Positions 38,763-50,281 are shown, counted from the first letter of the stretch. The stretch is DNA of 64,000 nt from Myxococcota bacterium (GCA_040386535.1 JAZKFH010000019.1:258186-322185), one strand, 5' to 3'. Notes: generated by a model from the sequence alone, not told the origin. A program made the numbers and translations.

Positions 38763-40171
38763 TGAAAGGTTTCCCCCGCGATCGTGACGACGAGGGCCGG
38801 CGTCAACCCGACGCCGCCTCGTCGCGTGGCCTCCCCCACAACTGGGAGACCGAACGATCGTTGCTGGGGGGCCTCCTCCTGGACGCGAGCCAACTGCTCG
38901 AGGTCCGGGAGTTCCTCAAGCCGGACGATTTCCATCGTCCGGCGCACCAACACCTGTTCGAGCTCATCTGTGGGCTCTCGGACGGGGGGGTGCTGCCCGA
39001 TCCCACCACGGTGCTCGACGACATCGAGCGCCGCGGTGACGCGGAGCGAGTCGGTGGTATCGCCTACGTGGTGGCGTTGCCGCAGGCGTGCGCCAGCGTA
39101 GACAACCTCACGACCTACGCGAAGCGGGTCCAGGAGTACGCGGTCCGCCGCAAGCTTCTCCTCGCTGCGCGCGCGATCGAAGAGGACATCCAGGAGGGGG
39201 TCAAGGACCTTCCCGCGCTGATGGACAGCGCCGAGAAGGCGATCTTCGAGATCTCGAACCTCGGCGGCTCGCGCGACTGGCACGCGCTCTCCCAGGTCAT
39301 CGACGAGCAGATCCTCGAGATTCAGCGGCGCGCCGACAATCCCGGGGACGTGACGGGTGTCCCCACCGGATTCATCGATCTGGACCGCAAGCTCGCCGGC
39401 CTCCAGAAGACCGACCTCATCATCCTCGCGGCCCGCCCCGCCATGGGGAAGACCGCGTTCGTGCTGAACCTCGCGCTGAACGCGGCGCTGAAGGGCGGCG
39501 TGGCCGTCGGGATGTTCTCGCTGGAGATGTCGCGCCACCAGCTGGCCACGCGCCTCCTGTGCTCGCACGCGCGGGTGGACGCGAGCAATGTCCGCACCGG
39601 TACGCTCGATCCGAACGGCGACTGGCGGAAGCTCATCGAGGCCTCCGAGGAGCTGCACCGGCTCCCGATCCTCATCGACGACACGCCGGGCCTGACGATC
39701 ACGCAGCTCCGGAGCAAGGCCCGTAGGTTGAAGGCGGAGTATCCGAACCTCGGCCTCCTCATCATCGACTACATCCAGCTGATGCAGGGCACGGGCGGCG
39801 CGAAAGAATCGCGCGAGAACGTGATCAGCAACATCTCGCGCGGCTTGAAGATCCTTGCCAAGGAGCTGGACATCCCCGTCATCGGGCTTTCCCAGCTCAA
39901 TCGCTCGTTGGAGAGCCGCACGGACAAGCGGCCGATGCCGAGCGATCTGCGCGAATCGGGCGCGATCGAGCAGGACGCGGACATCATCCTCTTCATCTAC
40001 CGCGACGAGGTCTACAACAAAGACGCCAGCGCGAAGAAGGGGATTGCCGAGATCATCATCGCGAAGCAACGAAGCGGTCCCATCGGTACCGTCGAGCTCG
40101 CGTTCTTGGACAAGTACATCCTGTTCCAGAACCTCGCGGGTCCCGGCGAGGCCCCGAACGGTTACTTCTGA
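38762..40171 (+). CDS. dnaB: Replicative DNA helicase
   Basis: AARPAMGKT, FSLEMS, IIDYIQLM, LSQLNRS, SDLRESGAIEQDAD; no intein. Confidence 0.98.
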   Translation: MKGFPRDRDDEGRRQPDAASSRGLPHNWETERSLLGGLLLDASQLLEVREFLKPDDFHRPAHQHLFELICGLSDGGVLPDPTTVLDDIERRGDAERVGGIAYVVALPQACASVDNLTTYAKRVQEYAVRRKLLLAARAIEEDIQEGVKDLPALMDSAEKAIFEISNLGGSRDWHALSQVIDEQILEIQRRADNPGDVTGVPTGFIDLDRKLAGLQKTDLIILAARPAMGKTAFVLNLALNAALKGGVAVGMFSLEMSRHQLATRLLCSHARVDASNVRTGTLDPNGDWRKLIEASEELHRLPILIDDTPGLTITQLRSKARRLKAEYPNLGLLIIDYIQLMQGTGGAKESRENVISNISRGLKILAKELDIPVIGLSQLNRSLESRTDKRPMPSDLRESGAIEQDADIILFIYRDEVYNKDASAKKGIAEIIIAKQRSGPIGTVELAFLDKYILFQNLAGPGEAPNGYF

Positions 40172-40321
40172 CGGGGCGGCCCGGGCCGTCCCCCGCGGAA
40201 CATCGGGTGCGTCCCGAGCTGGGGTTGACTCCAGTGGCCGCGTCTACTATCAACGCGGTTCCATCATCACTGGCGCAATCGGACGCCTCACGCCGCCTAC
40301 CCCTTCAGGAGCCCGTTGGAC

Positions 40322-41602
40322 ATGGAGAAGAAGGTACTCCTCGATACGCTCACCGCGCACGTCGCGCGGTATGAGCAGCACCGCCACTACATCGAGAAGG
40401 CGCGCGCGCAGGCCGCCACGGGCAAGTTCAACACCGCGGTGATCGAGCGCGTTGTGCTCGATCACGAGATCAAGTCGTCGGACGTTGCCGATCAGGTCCA
40501 GCCGCTGCTGCCGCGCCTGCTCGAGCTCGTCAGCGCGCTCGAAGCCGACAAGGCTCGCATCGAGGCGTCGCGAGGCGGCGTCGACGAGCAGATCCAGGAG
40601 CTCGAGCTCCGCGCAGCCATCGGCGAGATGGACGAGGCCGACTTCGAGAAGGAGGTCGGTGACCTCCGAGCCAACCAGGCGGGCGCCAACGAGCGCATCG
40701 CGGCCATCGAGTCGGACCGCGGCGATCTCCAGGGCGCGCTCGACCGTTGGAGCGCCACCGCCGGCCCCGCCGGTCACTACGTCGCCGCTTCCGCGGCCGT
40801 CGCGCCGATCGAGCTCACGTCCGCCCACATCCTGCCCCCCCACACGGCGGACACCGAGGTCGAGGTCGATTCGGAGCCCAGCGTCGAGGCGGTCGTCGAG
40901 TCCGACTCCGACAATGAGGCCGAGGCCGACTTCGAGCCGGCCGTGATCGACGAGGTCTCGGTCGACGTGGATGTGAGCACCGCCGCCGTCGAGGACGATG
41001 CGCACTACGCGCCGCGCACCGAGAGCCGCGAGGACCTCTCCGTGTTGTTCCCGAGCGGGAACGGCGAGGCCGTCGCGCACGTCCGCGTCGCGTCGGTGGA
41101 AGAGGACATCGCCATCGAGACCTCCGAGGTCGGCGAGGACGACGGTGACGCGCCGAGCGCGGACGTGCCGTTCGGCTTCGAAGACGAGATCCTCGGGGGT
41201 GACGTGGTCGTGGGCGCGGGTGAAGTCGAGATCGACCTCGCCGGCGAGGGCAGCGGCCCGTCCCTGTCCGCGCCCGCCCCTTCGAGCGACGCGGGGGACG
41301 CTCCCCGCCGCGCCCTGCTCCTCTACCAGGAGGGCACCGCGGAGGAGCAGATCTACCCGTTCACGGGGGACAACCTCACGATCGGCCGCGGTCGCGAGAA
41401 CGACATCCAGATCAAGAACGACTCGAAGGTCTCGCGGTACCACTGCAAGCTCTTCCGTCGTGGCAACAACTTCTACATCGAGGACCAGAAGTCCTCGAAC
41501 GGAAGCCTCGTCAACGGCGAGCTGATCACCGACCGTCGCCTCTTCGGCGGCGAGGAGATCATCATCGGCGAGACGTTCTTCCGGTTCCGCATCATGGAAT
41601 GA
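40322..41602 (+). CDS. Coiled-coil + acidic linker + C-terminal FHA domain protein
   Basis: TIGRGRENDI, VSRYH, SSNGSLVNG FHA motifs; N-terminal heptad-rich helix; TTG 40316 is an alternative start. Confidence 0.88.
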   Translation: MEKKVLLDTLTAHVARYEQHRHYIEKARAQAATGKFNTAVIERVVLDHEIKSSDVADQVQPLLPRLLELVSALEADKARIEASRGGVDEQIQELELRAAIGEMDEADFEKEVGDLRANQAGANERIAAIESDRGDLQGALDRWSATAGPAGHYVAASAAVAPIELTSAHILPPHTADTEVEVDSEPSVEAVVESDSDNEAEADFEPAVIDEVSVDVDVSTAAVEDDAHYAPRTESREDLSVLFPSGNGEAVAHVRVASVEEDIAIETSEVGEDDGDAPSADVPFGFEDEILGGDVVVGAGEVEIDLAGEGSGPSLSAPAPSSDAGDAPRRALLLYQEGTAEEQIYPFTGDNLTIGRGRENDIQIKNDSKVSRYHCKLFRRGNNFYIEDQKSSNGSLVNGELITDRRLFGGEEIIIGETFFRFRIME

Positions 41603-41643
41603 CGCCCAAGCGCGTCGGCGACGACGCGTAGAGCGTTCCGTGT

Positions 41644-41687
41644 GGAGAGGCGATCGGCGGTAGTGCCGGTCGCCTCTCTCCGTTTTG
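41644..41687 (+). terminator. Rho-independent terminator
   Basis: ggagaggcgatcggc / gccggtcgcctctctcc followed by gtttt. Confidence 0.7.
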
Positions 41688-41984
41688 GGCATGTGTCGTC
41701 CGGGAGGGCAGCGCGCTTGCGATCTCTGGTAGGATCGGGAACCAGGCGGAGGCAGGCTGCGAGTGACGCGCGCGCATCCAAACCAGGGCTCGCGGGTAGA
41801 GTCGGAAGGGCGCGTTCGCTCGAGGGGCCGGTGAGCAATTATTCCGCTGGAAGCCTCTTTCCACGCTGCGCGCCGGCGTAGCCCGGAGTTAGGGGTGCGC
41901 GCTCTCGCTCACAGGGGGCGGAGCATTGGTATTTGGAACGGGAGAACCGGGTGAAACCGCTGCTTGACAATACGGAGGTCCCAC

Positions 41985-42752
41985 ATGCCTCGTAGGAAGA
42001 GCCAGGACGTGGCGCCAGAATATTTCACCACCTTCCAGGTGGCGAAAATGCTGCACGTGAGCCCACCCACCGTGGTGAATTGGGTCAACAGCGGGCTGCT
42101 CACGGCGCATCGCACGCCTGGAGGCCACCGGCGAATCGCGAAGGCGGACATCGTGGCCTTCGTCGAAGGGAATGTGTATCCGAACCCCTTCGACAAGGAG
42201 CCCACGCAGATCCCGCTGATCCCGGCGCCACCGCCGGCGGTCCGGCCTCCGCCGCCCCCCATGCTCAAGCGTGTCCTGATTGTTGATGACCTCCCCGAGT
42301 TCTGCTACCTCGTGCGCGACTATCTCCTCGAGGTCGGGGGCTACGAGGTCGAGGTGGCCTTCAGCGGCTTCGCGGCGGGACTCACCGTGGGGCGGTTCCA
42401 ACCCGAGCTCATCCTGTTGGACATCGACCTGGATCCGCACAAGGTCGGCGCGATGGACGGATTCCAGCTCCTCAAGACCCTCCGGGACGATCCGCAGACC
42501 AGCTCCATTCCCGTCATCGCGTGCTCAGGGCTGCCGGACGCGCGGATCGAGGCCGAGGTCCGTAGGGGCACGCTCTTCACAAGCCTGGAAAAGCCGTTCC
42601 CGCTCTCGCAGCTCGTCGACGTGATGCAGGAGGCCCTGGCCGGGCGTGCGCAGCCTCGCTCGGCGCAGCCCGCCCCCACGTTCACGACCGAGAGCGCACG
42701 TACGTCCTACGCGAAGCCCAAAGCGCTCACGGCGAGCGCTTTGCGGGTGTAA
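41985..42752 (+). CDS. Response regulator with N-terminal excisionase-like HTH
   Basis: YFTTFQVAKML.VSP.TV.NW...G.L.A.RTPGGHRRI; RVLIVDD, LILLD, EKPF; GGAGG SD. Confidence 0.9.
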   Translation: MPRRKSQDVAPEYFTTFQVAKMLHVSPPTVVNWVNSGLLTAHRTPGGHRRIAKADIVAFVEGNVYPNPFDKEPTQIPLIPAPPPAVRPPPPPMLKRVLIVDDLPEFCYLVRDYLLEVGGYEVEVAFSGFAAGLTVGRFQPELILLDIDLDPHKVGAMDGFQLLKTLRDDPQTSSIPVIACSGLPDARIEAEVRRGTLFTSLEKPFPLSQLVDVMQEALAGRAQPRSAQPAPTFTTESARTSYAKPKALTASALRV

Positions 42753-43605
42753 CCAAGGGATCGGTCGGGGTGGGGCCGGGGGGGTGCGCCACCTCGTCCC
42801 CCCCGCGCGCCGGCAGCGGGATCGCGGAGAGCGGGACCGGGGCGCGTGACACCCCGCGCCGCACCCGCACGACCTCGGCGGCGATGGCCACGGCGATCTC
42901 CTCGGGCGTCTCGGCGCCGAGGTCCAGGCCGACCGGCGCCGAGACACGCGCGAACAGCGCCTCGTCGACTCCGGCGGCGCGCAGCCGGATGAAGAACTTC
43001 GCGATCTTGGCGCGGCTGCCGATGAGGCCGAGCCACGCCCACGTGCGGGAGAGCAGCAGCTCGAGCAGATCCTGGTCGAGCGCGTGATCGTGCGTGACGA
43101 TGAGGATGTACGTCCGCGCGTCCGTCACCAGGCGGCGGGCGAAGCGCCGGGGGTCCTCGGTGACGAGCGTGACGCCGGGAAAGCGCTCGGGATCGGCCTG
43201 ATCTTCCCGCTCGTCCACCACGGTCACGTCGAAACCGAGCTCCCGCGCGAAGCTCGCCGTGGGCCGCGCCACGTGGCCGGCGCCGAACACGATCATCCGC
43301 TCACGCGGGCCCATGGGCTCGATGAACACCTCCATGGCGCCTCCACAACACATCCCCAGGTCACGCGTCAGGTGCACCGCGTAGCGACGGGGCCGCCCCA
43401 CACGGAGCGCCTCGAGCGCGGCCCGGATGACCTGGTACTCGAAGTTGCCACCGCCGATCGTCCCGTGGATCCGGCCGTCGGGCCACACGATCATCCGCGC
43501 GCCGGTGGCCCGCGGCGCGGAGCCGTCGACCCCGATGACCGTCGTGAGGGCGACGTGTTCGCCCGCTTCACCGGCGGCCAGCAACACGCGCCAGAGGTCC
43601 GTCAT
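42727..43605 (-). CDS. xdhC: Xanthine dehydrogenase accessory protein XdhC
   Basis: GSAPR..GA.M, GTIGGG.FE, LGMCCGG, FGAGHV, THDHALD, GLIGS..K, ETPEEIA. Confidence 0.93.
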   Translation of the reverse strand: MTDLWRVLLAAGEAGEHVALTTVIGVDGSAPRATGARMIVWPDGRIHGTIGGGNFEYQVIRAALEALRVGRPRRYAVHLTRDLGMCCGGAMEVFIEPMGPRERMIVFGAGHVARPTASFARELGFDVTVVDEREDQADPERFPGVTLVTEDPRRFARRLVTDARTYILIVTHDHALDQDLLELLLSRTWAWLGLIGSRAKIAKFFIRLRAAGVDEALFARVSAPVGLDLGAETPEEIAVAIAAEVVRVRRGVSRAPVPLSAIPLPARGGDEVAHPPGPTPTDPLVTPAKRSP

Positions 43606-43733
43606 CGACGAGCTCGGGCGGGGCGGGGCGGGACCGGACGGGGCAACGCGAACTCCACCGGCACCACAACGTCACCGGAGCGCGTCGCTTATCGCGTTGA
43701 CCGGAGCCGAGCGCTTGCGTAGAGTGCCGCCCG

Positions 43734-45581
43734 ATGTCGAACCGCAGGCTCCTGCTGCTCCTCCTCGTCTCCTGGCCCGCGGTCGCGCAGGAGCCGCCGG
43801 ACGTCGCCCCCCCCGCGCCCGCGGAGCTCGTGCAACCGCTGGGGTCCCGCTTCGTGTGGGAGCTGCGTCCCTCGCTCGGAGCGGGAGTTCGGCCCGCGGG
43901 GTTGGCCGTGCAGACGGTGGCCGGCGGCACGTGGTTCGTGGTCGACGAGAAGGGCGGGGTGTGGAGCTCGGAGGACGAGGGCGGTCGCTGGGAGCGCGTC
44001 CTGCGGGCTGACGGAGACGACGGCGAGGAGGAGATGACGGACGACGAGGCGCTGCTCCTCGAGGCGGAGACGCTGCAAGACGAGCAGATCGAGAACGCCG
44101 AGTCCCAGATCGACGAGTCCGATCCGGACGCGATCCCGGGTGACGAGCCGTTCGCGGAGGAGGAGGTCGCTCCGACCGACGAGCTCGAGGACCTCCAGGA
44201 CGTGGAGATCGAGGACGTCGACGTCCTCCAGGGCGACCTGCTCGTCGGCGACCGGGGGGACGGCCGCGGGGCCCAGCCCGTGGTGTGGGTCGATCCCGCC
44301 GATGTCGATCGTGTATTCGTCGGGCGCGTGGACGGGGTCTGGCGCTCTTCGGACTCGGGCCGCACTTGGGAGCGGGTCAGCACCACGTCGAGCCTGGACC
44401 CCCAGGTGACGACCTTCGCCCGCGGGAAGGACGGCGCCCTCATCGCCGGGACGGTTGATGGCGTGCGGTTCTCCCTGGACGACGGCGCGACCTGGATCGA
44501 CGCGGTCGACGCCACCGACGGAGCCCATGTCCACGCGATCGTTCAGGAGGCGGGTGCCTACTGGGCCGCGACCACCGAGGGCCTGTTCCGCAGCGGGAAC
44601 GGCTTCGGCTGGGAGCAGGTGCCGCTCCCGGACTCGGCGGAGGCGCGGGCCATCGTGGCCGACTCCAACTGGGACACCGGGTTCTGGGTCGCGACCGCGG
44701 GGGCGCTCCTGCGCACCGATGACGGCGGCGCCACCTTCTACGTAGCGGGCCGCCAGCCCCTCCGCGGCCTGCGCGACATGGTGAGCCTCGACGAGCCGGG
44801 GCATCTCCTCGCCATCTCGGACGACGGCGTGTGGGAGTCGATGGACGGCGGCGTGACCTGGATCACCGCCGATCGGCAGCTCGGCGACCCCGACGTGCGC
44901 GCCCTCGCGTTCGCGGACAGCGGCGCCGTCATCGCCACCCCCCGGGGCGTCTGGCGCCTCGTGCCGCCCCGCTCGGTAGTAGTCCCCGAGCTGCGGCGAA
45001 AGGCGCAGCTCTCCCTCCCGGCGACCGTCCAAGCGTCGATCTCGCGCCATGGGATGGACCTCGATCTGCTCTCCCTCTCCCGGCTCGGCGTCGCGTCGAG
45101 GCTGGTGCCGGGCGTAGAGCTGACCTTCGACTACGGCTCGGCGGCGGCCCGCGACGTCGACCACGTCTCCGCGTCGACCACCGACTCCTACGACGACGAC
45201 TGGTCGCTCACCGCGAAGCTCTGCTGGGGCGGGGGCTGCGGCGTGAGCAGCGGAACCGGGACCACCGACTATTCGGACAGCGCCAGCAGCACCTCCGCCT
45301 ACGTCTCGGGCGGCGAGGTGTTCAGCGAGGGTGAGCCGGTCGCGGCCGCCGCGAACGTCGCCCAGCGCGTCCGCAGCTACCGGCGCTACCTCTCGGACCA
45401 CGTGGCCGATGCGTGGCTCTCGCGCGTCCAGCTGATGAACGAGAGCGCCGCCGTCCGCGAGCTGCCGCTCCGCGAGCAGGTCCTCCACACGCTTCAAATC
45501 GCCGAGCTCGACGCGCGCCTCGACGCGCTCACCGACGGCGCCTTCCTTCGCTCTCTCTCACGTCTCGAGGAGTCCCCATGA
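43734..45581 (+). CDS. Secreted BNR/Asp-box beta-propeller protein with acidic insert and C-terminal OEP-like half domain
   Basis: Signal peptide; Asp-box repeats SEDEGGRW, SSDSGRTW, SLDDGATW, TDDGGATF, SMDGGVTW; C-terminus ELDARLDALTDGAF. Confidence 0.75.
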   Translation: MSNRRLLLLLLVSWPAVAQEPPDVAPPAPAELVQPLGSRFVWELRPSLGAGVRPAGLAVQTVAGGTWFVVDEKGGVWSSEDEGGRWERVLRADGDDGEEEMTDDEALLLEAETLQDEQIENAESQIDESDPDAIPGDEPFAEEEVAPTDELEDLQDVEIEDVDVLQGDLLVGDRGDGRGAQPVVWVDPADVDRVFVGRVDGVWRSSDSGRTWERVSTTSSLDPQVTTFARGKDGALIAGTVDGVRFSLDDGATWIDAVDATDGAHVHAIVQEAGAYWAATTEGLFRSGNGFGWEQVPLPDSAEARAIVADSNWDTGFWVATAGALLRTDDGGATFYVAGRQPLRGLRDMVSLDEPGHLLAISDDGVWESMDGGVTWITADRQLGDPDVRALAFADSGAVIATPRGVWRLVPPRSVVVPELRRKAQLSLPATVQASISRHGMDLDLLSLSRLGVASRLVPGVELTFDYGSAAARDVDHVSASTTDSYDDDWSLTAKLCWGGGCGVSSGTGTTDYSDSASSTSAYVSGGEVFSEGEPVAAAANVAQRVRSYRRYLSDHVADAWLSRVQLMNESAAVRELPLREQVLHTLQIAELDARLDALTDGAFLRSLSRLEESP

Positions 45582-46168
45582 TCTCGTTCGTACTCGCGCT
45601 CGCCCTCTCGGGGCCGGCCACCGCCGCGGAGTTCCGCACGGTCGACGAGGTGCTCGCGCAGTTCGAGAAGGAGCCGGACGTACAGGCGGTGCAGAAGATG
45701 GTCCTGGAGTACTCCAAGACCGATCCCCGCTACGTCGAGGAGTGGATGGCCGCCGCGAAGAACGCCGCGTGGCTCCCCGACCTCTCGGTCCAGTACGACT
45801 ACGACAACTGGTACGCCTACGACTACGGCTACGAGACGTCGGCCGACGGCGCGCTCGAAGGCACGGACATCGACGACAAACACGGCGTGACCGCAAAGGC
45901 GGCGTGGAAGCTCAACAAGCTCGTCATGTCGAGCGATCGCATCCGCGTCATCAGCGAGACCCAGGACATCGTGAAGCTCCGCGACAAGGTCCTCGAGGAG
46001 GCCACCCGCCTCTACTTCGATCGCCGCCGCCTCCAGGTCGACCTGCTCCTCAATCCCGCCGGCGATCTGAAGACGCAGGTGAAGAACGAGATGCGCCTGC
46101 AGGAGCTGACGGCGCAGATCGACGCCTACACCGGCGGTCGCTTCTCCGCGGCGGCGAACGGCAAGTAA
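45578..46168 (+). CDS. Secreted protein resembling a single TolC/OEP repeat
   Basis: ATGA overlap, GAGGAG SD, signal peptide; AAWLPDLSVQY...TAKAAWKL...LYFDRRRLQ...ELTAQIDAYTGGRF. Confidence 0.7.
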   Translation: MISFVLALALSGPATAAEFRTVDEVLAQFEKEPDVQAVQKMVLEYSKTDPRYVEEWMAAAKNAAWLPDLSVQYDYDNWYAYDYGYETSADGALEGTDIDDKHGVTAKAAWKLNKLVMSSDRIRVISETQDIVKLRDKVLEEATRLYFDRRRLQVDLLLNPAGDLKTQVKNEMRLQELTAQIDAYTGGRFSAAANGK

Positions 46169-46240
46169 GCGTCTCGAGTGTCCGTCCGGAGCGTCGGCGG
46201 ACGCGCCTGCGCGACGGATGGGGGATAGACGGGCGGCATC

Positions 46241-47773
<1,533 letters not shown>

Positions 47774-47792
47774 CGCGCGCCGGCCGGGCCCG

Positions 47793-48920
47793 GTGAGCTG
47801 GGCCGTCGCCGCCCTCACGGTGCTGGCGGTGGCGCTCTCGCCGGGCCTGCCCTGGTACGTCGGGCCCGCGGCGCTCGGCCTCGCGGCCATCGCGGCGCGT
47901 GATCGGCACTGGATCTGGCCCGCGCTCGGCCTCACGCTGCTCTGGACGCCCGCCGTGGGCGGCCCTGTCGGTGCCGGCGTGCTCGTGGGCGCGATCGTGC
48001 TCGGGGCGCTGCGATGGCGTGCCCTCTCCACGGGCGTGGTCGTGGTCGCGCTCCTCCTCGCCATGAAGCAGGAGGCCGCGAGCGCCGCGTTGGCCTCCGC
48101 CACGAGCGTCGTGCCGGGGTTGGTGGCGACGTTGGTGACCGCGGCCGGGGCCGTCTCCGCCGCGCGGGGCGGGCGCATCGAGGCGGCGGCCCTCGCGCTC
48201 GCCGGCGGGGTGATCCTCACGCGGCTCGGCCTCGTTTGGAGCGTGGAGGGCGAGGCACGCCTGCACGCCGCGGAGCGGATCGACGCGATTGCGTTCGTCT
48301 ACGACGGGCTCGTGTCCGATGCCGACGAGGCGCTCGCCCTGGCGCTCGTCCGCGCCGCGCCCGACCGGGACGAGGCCGCGCTGCGCCTCGGCTGGGCGGC
48401 CGCCCTGGCGGCGGGGTGGCGCCCCGCGCGCGCCGACGGCGTGGTGGTGGCGGTGGCCCGTGCGCTGGACGCGAGCGGACGGGGAGGGGAGGCGCTCCGG
48501 TTGCTCGCGCGCCACCCGCGCGAGGGCGACGTGGACGCGCTCATGGGCCTGTTGGAGCACATTCAGGGGGTACCCAGCCGGTGGCGCGGGGCGTCCCTCG
48601 GGCCGCGCCTGCCGGGGCGCGCGGCGCTGGATGTGTCGTTCCGCACCAATGGCTGGGTCGGCGTCGAGTTCACGGCGACCGAGCCGCTCGCCAACCTGAT
48701 GCTCACCGGGAACGGCATCGCCTACGCGGGCGCGTCCGTCGTCGAGGTCCAGATCGATGGGGCGACGCCGATCCCTTGGACGTTGGACGGCCCCGGCGAG
48801 CTCACCGTCCCGGGCCCCGTGGCGCCGGGGCCCCACCGCCTCGGGTTGCGCTTCGTCAACGATCGCGCCGACGCCGGCGGCGACCGAAATGTGGAAGTTC
48901 TGGGGTTGCGCGCCGAGTAG
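47793..48920 (+). CDS. Hypothetical membrane protein with C-terminal beta-sandwich-like domain
   Basis: Multiple TMs; C-terminal GPHRL.LRFVND...GDRNV motif; start uncertain. Confidence 0.55.
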   Translation: MSWAVAALTVLAVALSPGLPWYVGPAALGLAAIAARDRHWIWPALGLTLLWTPAVGGPVGAGVLVGAIVLGALRWRALSTGVVVVALLLAMKQEAASAALASATSVVPGLVATLVTAAGAVSAARGGRIEAAALALAGGVILTRLGLVWSVEGEARLHAAERIDAIAFVYDGLVSDADEALALALVRAAPDRDEAALRLGWAAALAAGWRPARADGVVVAVARALDASGRGGEALRLLARHPREGDVDALMGLLEHIQGVPSRWRGASLGPRLPGRAALDVSFRTNGWVGVEFTATEPLANLMLTGNGIAYAGASVVEVQIDGATPIPWTLDGPGELTVPGPVAPGPHRLGLRFVNDRADAGGDRNVEVLGLRAE

Positions 48921-48928
48921 ATCACGGA

Positions 48929-48957
48929 CGGGGGGGCCGTGCGCCCCCCCGGTTTCT
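48929..48957. terminator. Hairpin between convergent genes
   Basis: cggggggg-ccgtgcg-cccccccg then gtttctc. Confidence 0.55.
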
Positions 48958-48976
48958 CACGTGGCCGACCGGGACC

Positions 48977-49498
48977 CTACCGGGTCCCACCGCCGGCCCC
49001 GGGGGTGGCCCCTTCGGGGTTGGTGCCGGGCTGGGCGGGGGTCATCGGCGTGCCGGTCTCGGAGACGACGATCTCCTGGGCCGTGCGCTTGCCGTCGACC
49101 ATCCGGTAGACGACGTGGACCATCGTCCCGGGCGCGAGCTCGTTCACGGTGACGACGTTCTCGCCCCGCTGGATCCGCGCGGTCGGGCCGTACTCCACGT
49201 CGAACGTCTCGCCGGAGGGGAGCCGCAGGTTCACGGTGTCGTTGTCCGAGCCGGTGACGACGGCGTCGAACTCGACCGGCTCGCCGCGCTGCTCCAGGTC
49301 GCGGAGCTCCTGTGCCATCTCGCGACGCGCCTCCGCAACGTCCTCGCGGCCCTCCTGCGCGGCCTCGCGCACGCCCTCGGCGGCCTCCCGCTCGGTCTCG
49401 CGCACGTCCTGGACGGCTTCCTGCGCTTCCTGCTGCTCCGTCTGGCACGCGGCCACCAAGCCGAGCGACGCGATCCCGACAAATGTCAACGTCCTCAT
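48977..49498 (-). CDS. Lipoprotein with coiled coil and OB-fold-like domain
   Basis: AGGAGG SD; LVAAC lipobox; ELAPGTMVHVVY...A.EI motif. Confidence 0.75.
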   Translation of the reverse strand: MRTLTFVGIASLGLVAACQTEQQEAQEAVQDVRETEREAAEGVREAAQEGREDVAEARREMAQELRDLEQRGEPVEFDAVVTGSDNDTVNLRLPSGETFDVEYGPTARIQRGENVVTVNELAPGTMVHVVYRMVDGKRTAQEIVVSETGTPMTPAQPGTNPEGATPGAGGGTR

Positions 49499-49562
49499 CT
49501 GTTCCTCCTGATTCGAAGGACCCCCGGCCCGAGCGCCAGGGTGACCTGTGCTGTGAACAGGG

Positions 49563-49577
49563 GCAATGTGTGCGCCG
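49563..49577 (-). promoter_or_regulatory. Sigma54 -24/-12 promoter candidate
   Basis: Minus strand CGGCGCA-CACA-TTGC = GG-N10-GC. Confidence 0.5.
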
Positions 49578-49654
49578 CTGCATGGGCCATCGGCGGGACT
49601 GACACATCGAGGAGAATTGGGTAGCAGCGTTGCATCTCTCGCGGAATCCAGCGG

Positions 49655-50281
49655 TCACGCCGTCGTGAGGGAGCCCAATGCACGTTCGAGGTTTGCCCGT
49701 GCCGCCGCCTCGTACCGCTCCGCCATCGCGGGGGTCTGGTAGAGCGCAGGCCGGGCGAGCAGCGAGGCCAGGATTCGCCCGCGGCCGGCGGCGAACAGCG
49801 CGTCCGGCACGTGGGCGTACTCCCGCCGCACCTCGCGCTCGTACGCGTCGAACACCGCGGGCGGCTGGCCGAGGATGGAGAGATCGACATCCACGAGGAG
49901 GGCCATGTCCGGGTCGGTGGGGAGCGCGTCGTGGCGGGTGGCGAGCACCAGCGCCGACAGGCGATCGGCGTGCCGCGAGAGGCCCACGGCGTGAGCGGAC
50001 CGGCTCGCCCAGGCCGCGCTGCGCGCCTCGTTGTCGTGGGCGAGGGGATCGTAGATGGCGTCGTGGAACCAGAGGGCGAGCGCCAACAGGTCCGGCTCGC
50101 GGGCGAGAATGCGCACGCGGTCGAGCTCGTCGAGGCACGCCGATAGGTGCACGAGCGTGTGGTAGGCGCGGTGCGGCTCGGACCAGGCTTCGAGGAGGCG
50201 CTCCCCCTCGTCGGCCCACGGCCCCACGGCCGCCAAGCGCTCTCCGAGCGACGCCCACCGCGCGGCGAGCGCGCCCCGCAT
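49655..50281 (-). CDS. Predicted HD-superfamily metal-dependent phosphohydrolase
   Basis: EPHRAYHT..HL, WFHDAIYDP...DNE..SA, DVDLSILG, VRREY. Confidence 0.88.
   Translation of the reverse strand: MRGALAARWASLGERLAAVGPWADEGERLLEAWSEPHRAYHTLVHLSACLDELDRVRILAREPDLLALALWFHDAIYDPLAHDNEARSAAWASRSAHAVGLSRHADRLSALVLATRHDALPTDPDMALLVDVDLSILGQPPAVFDAYEREVRREYAHVPDALFAAGRGRILASLLARPALYQTPAMAERYEAAARANLERALGSLTTA

Noticed and set aside
41985..42180. Excisionase suggesting a mobile element
   Set aside because: The HTH is fused to a receiver domain, a common regulator architecture; no integrase or att sites seen
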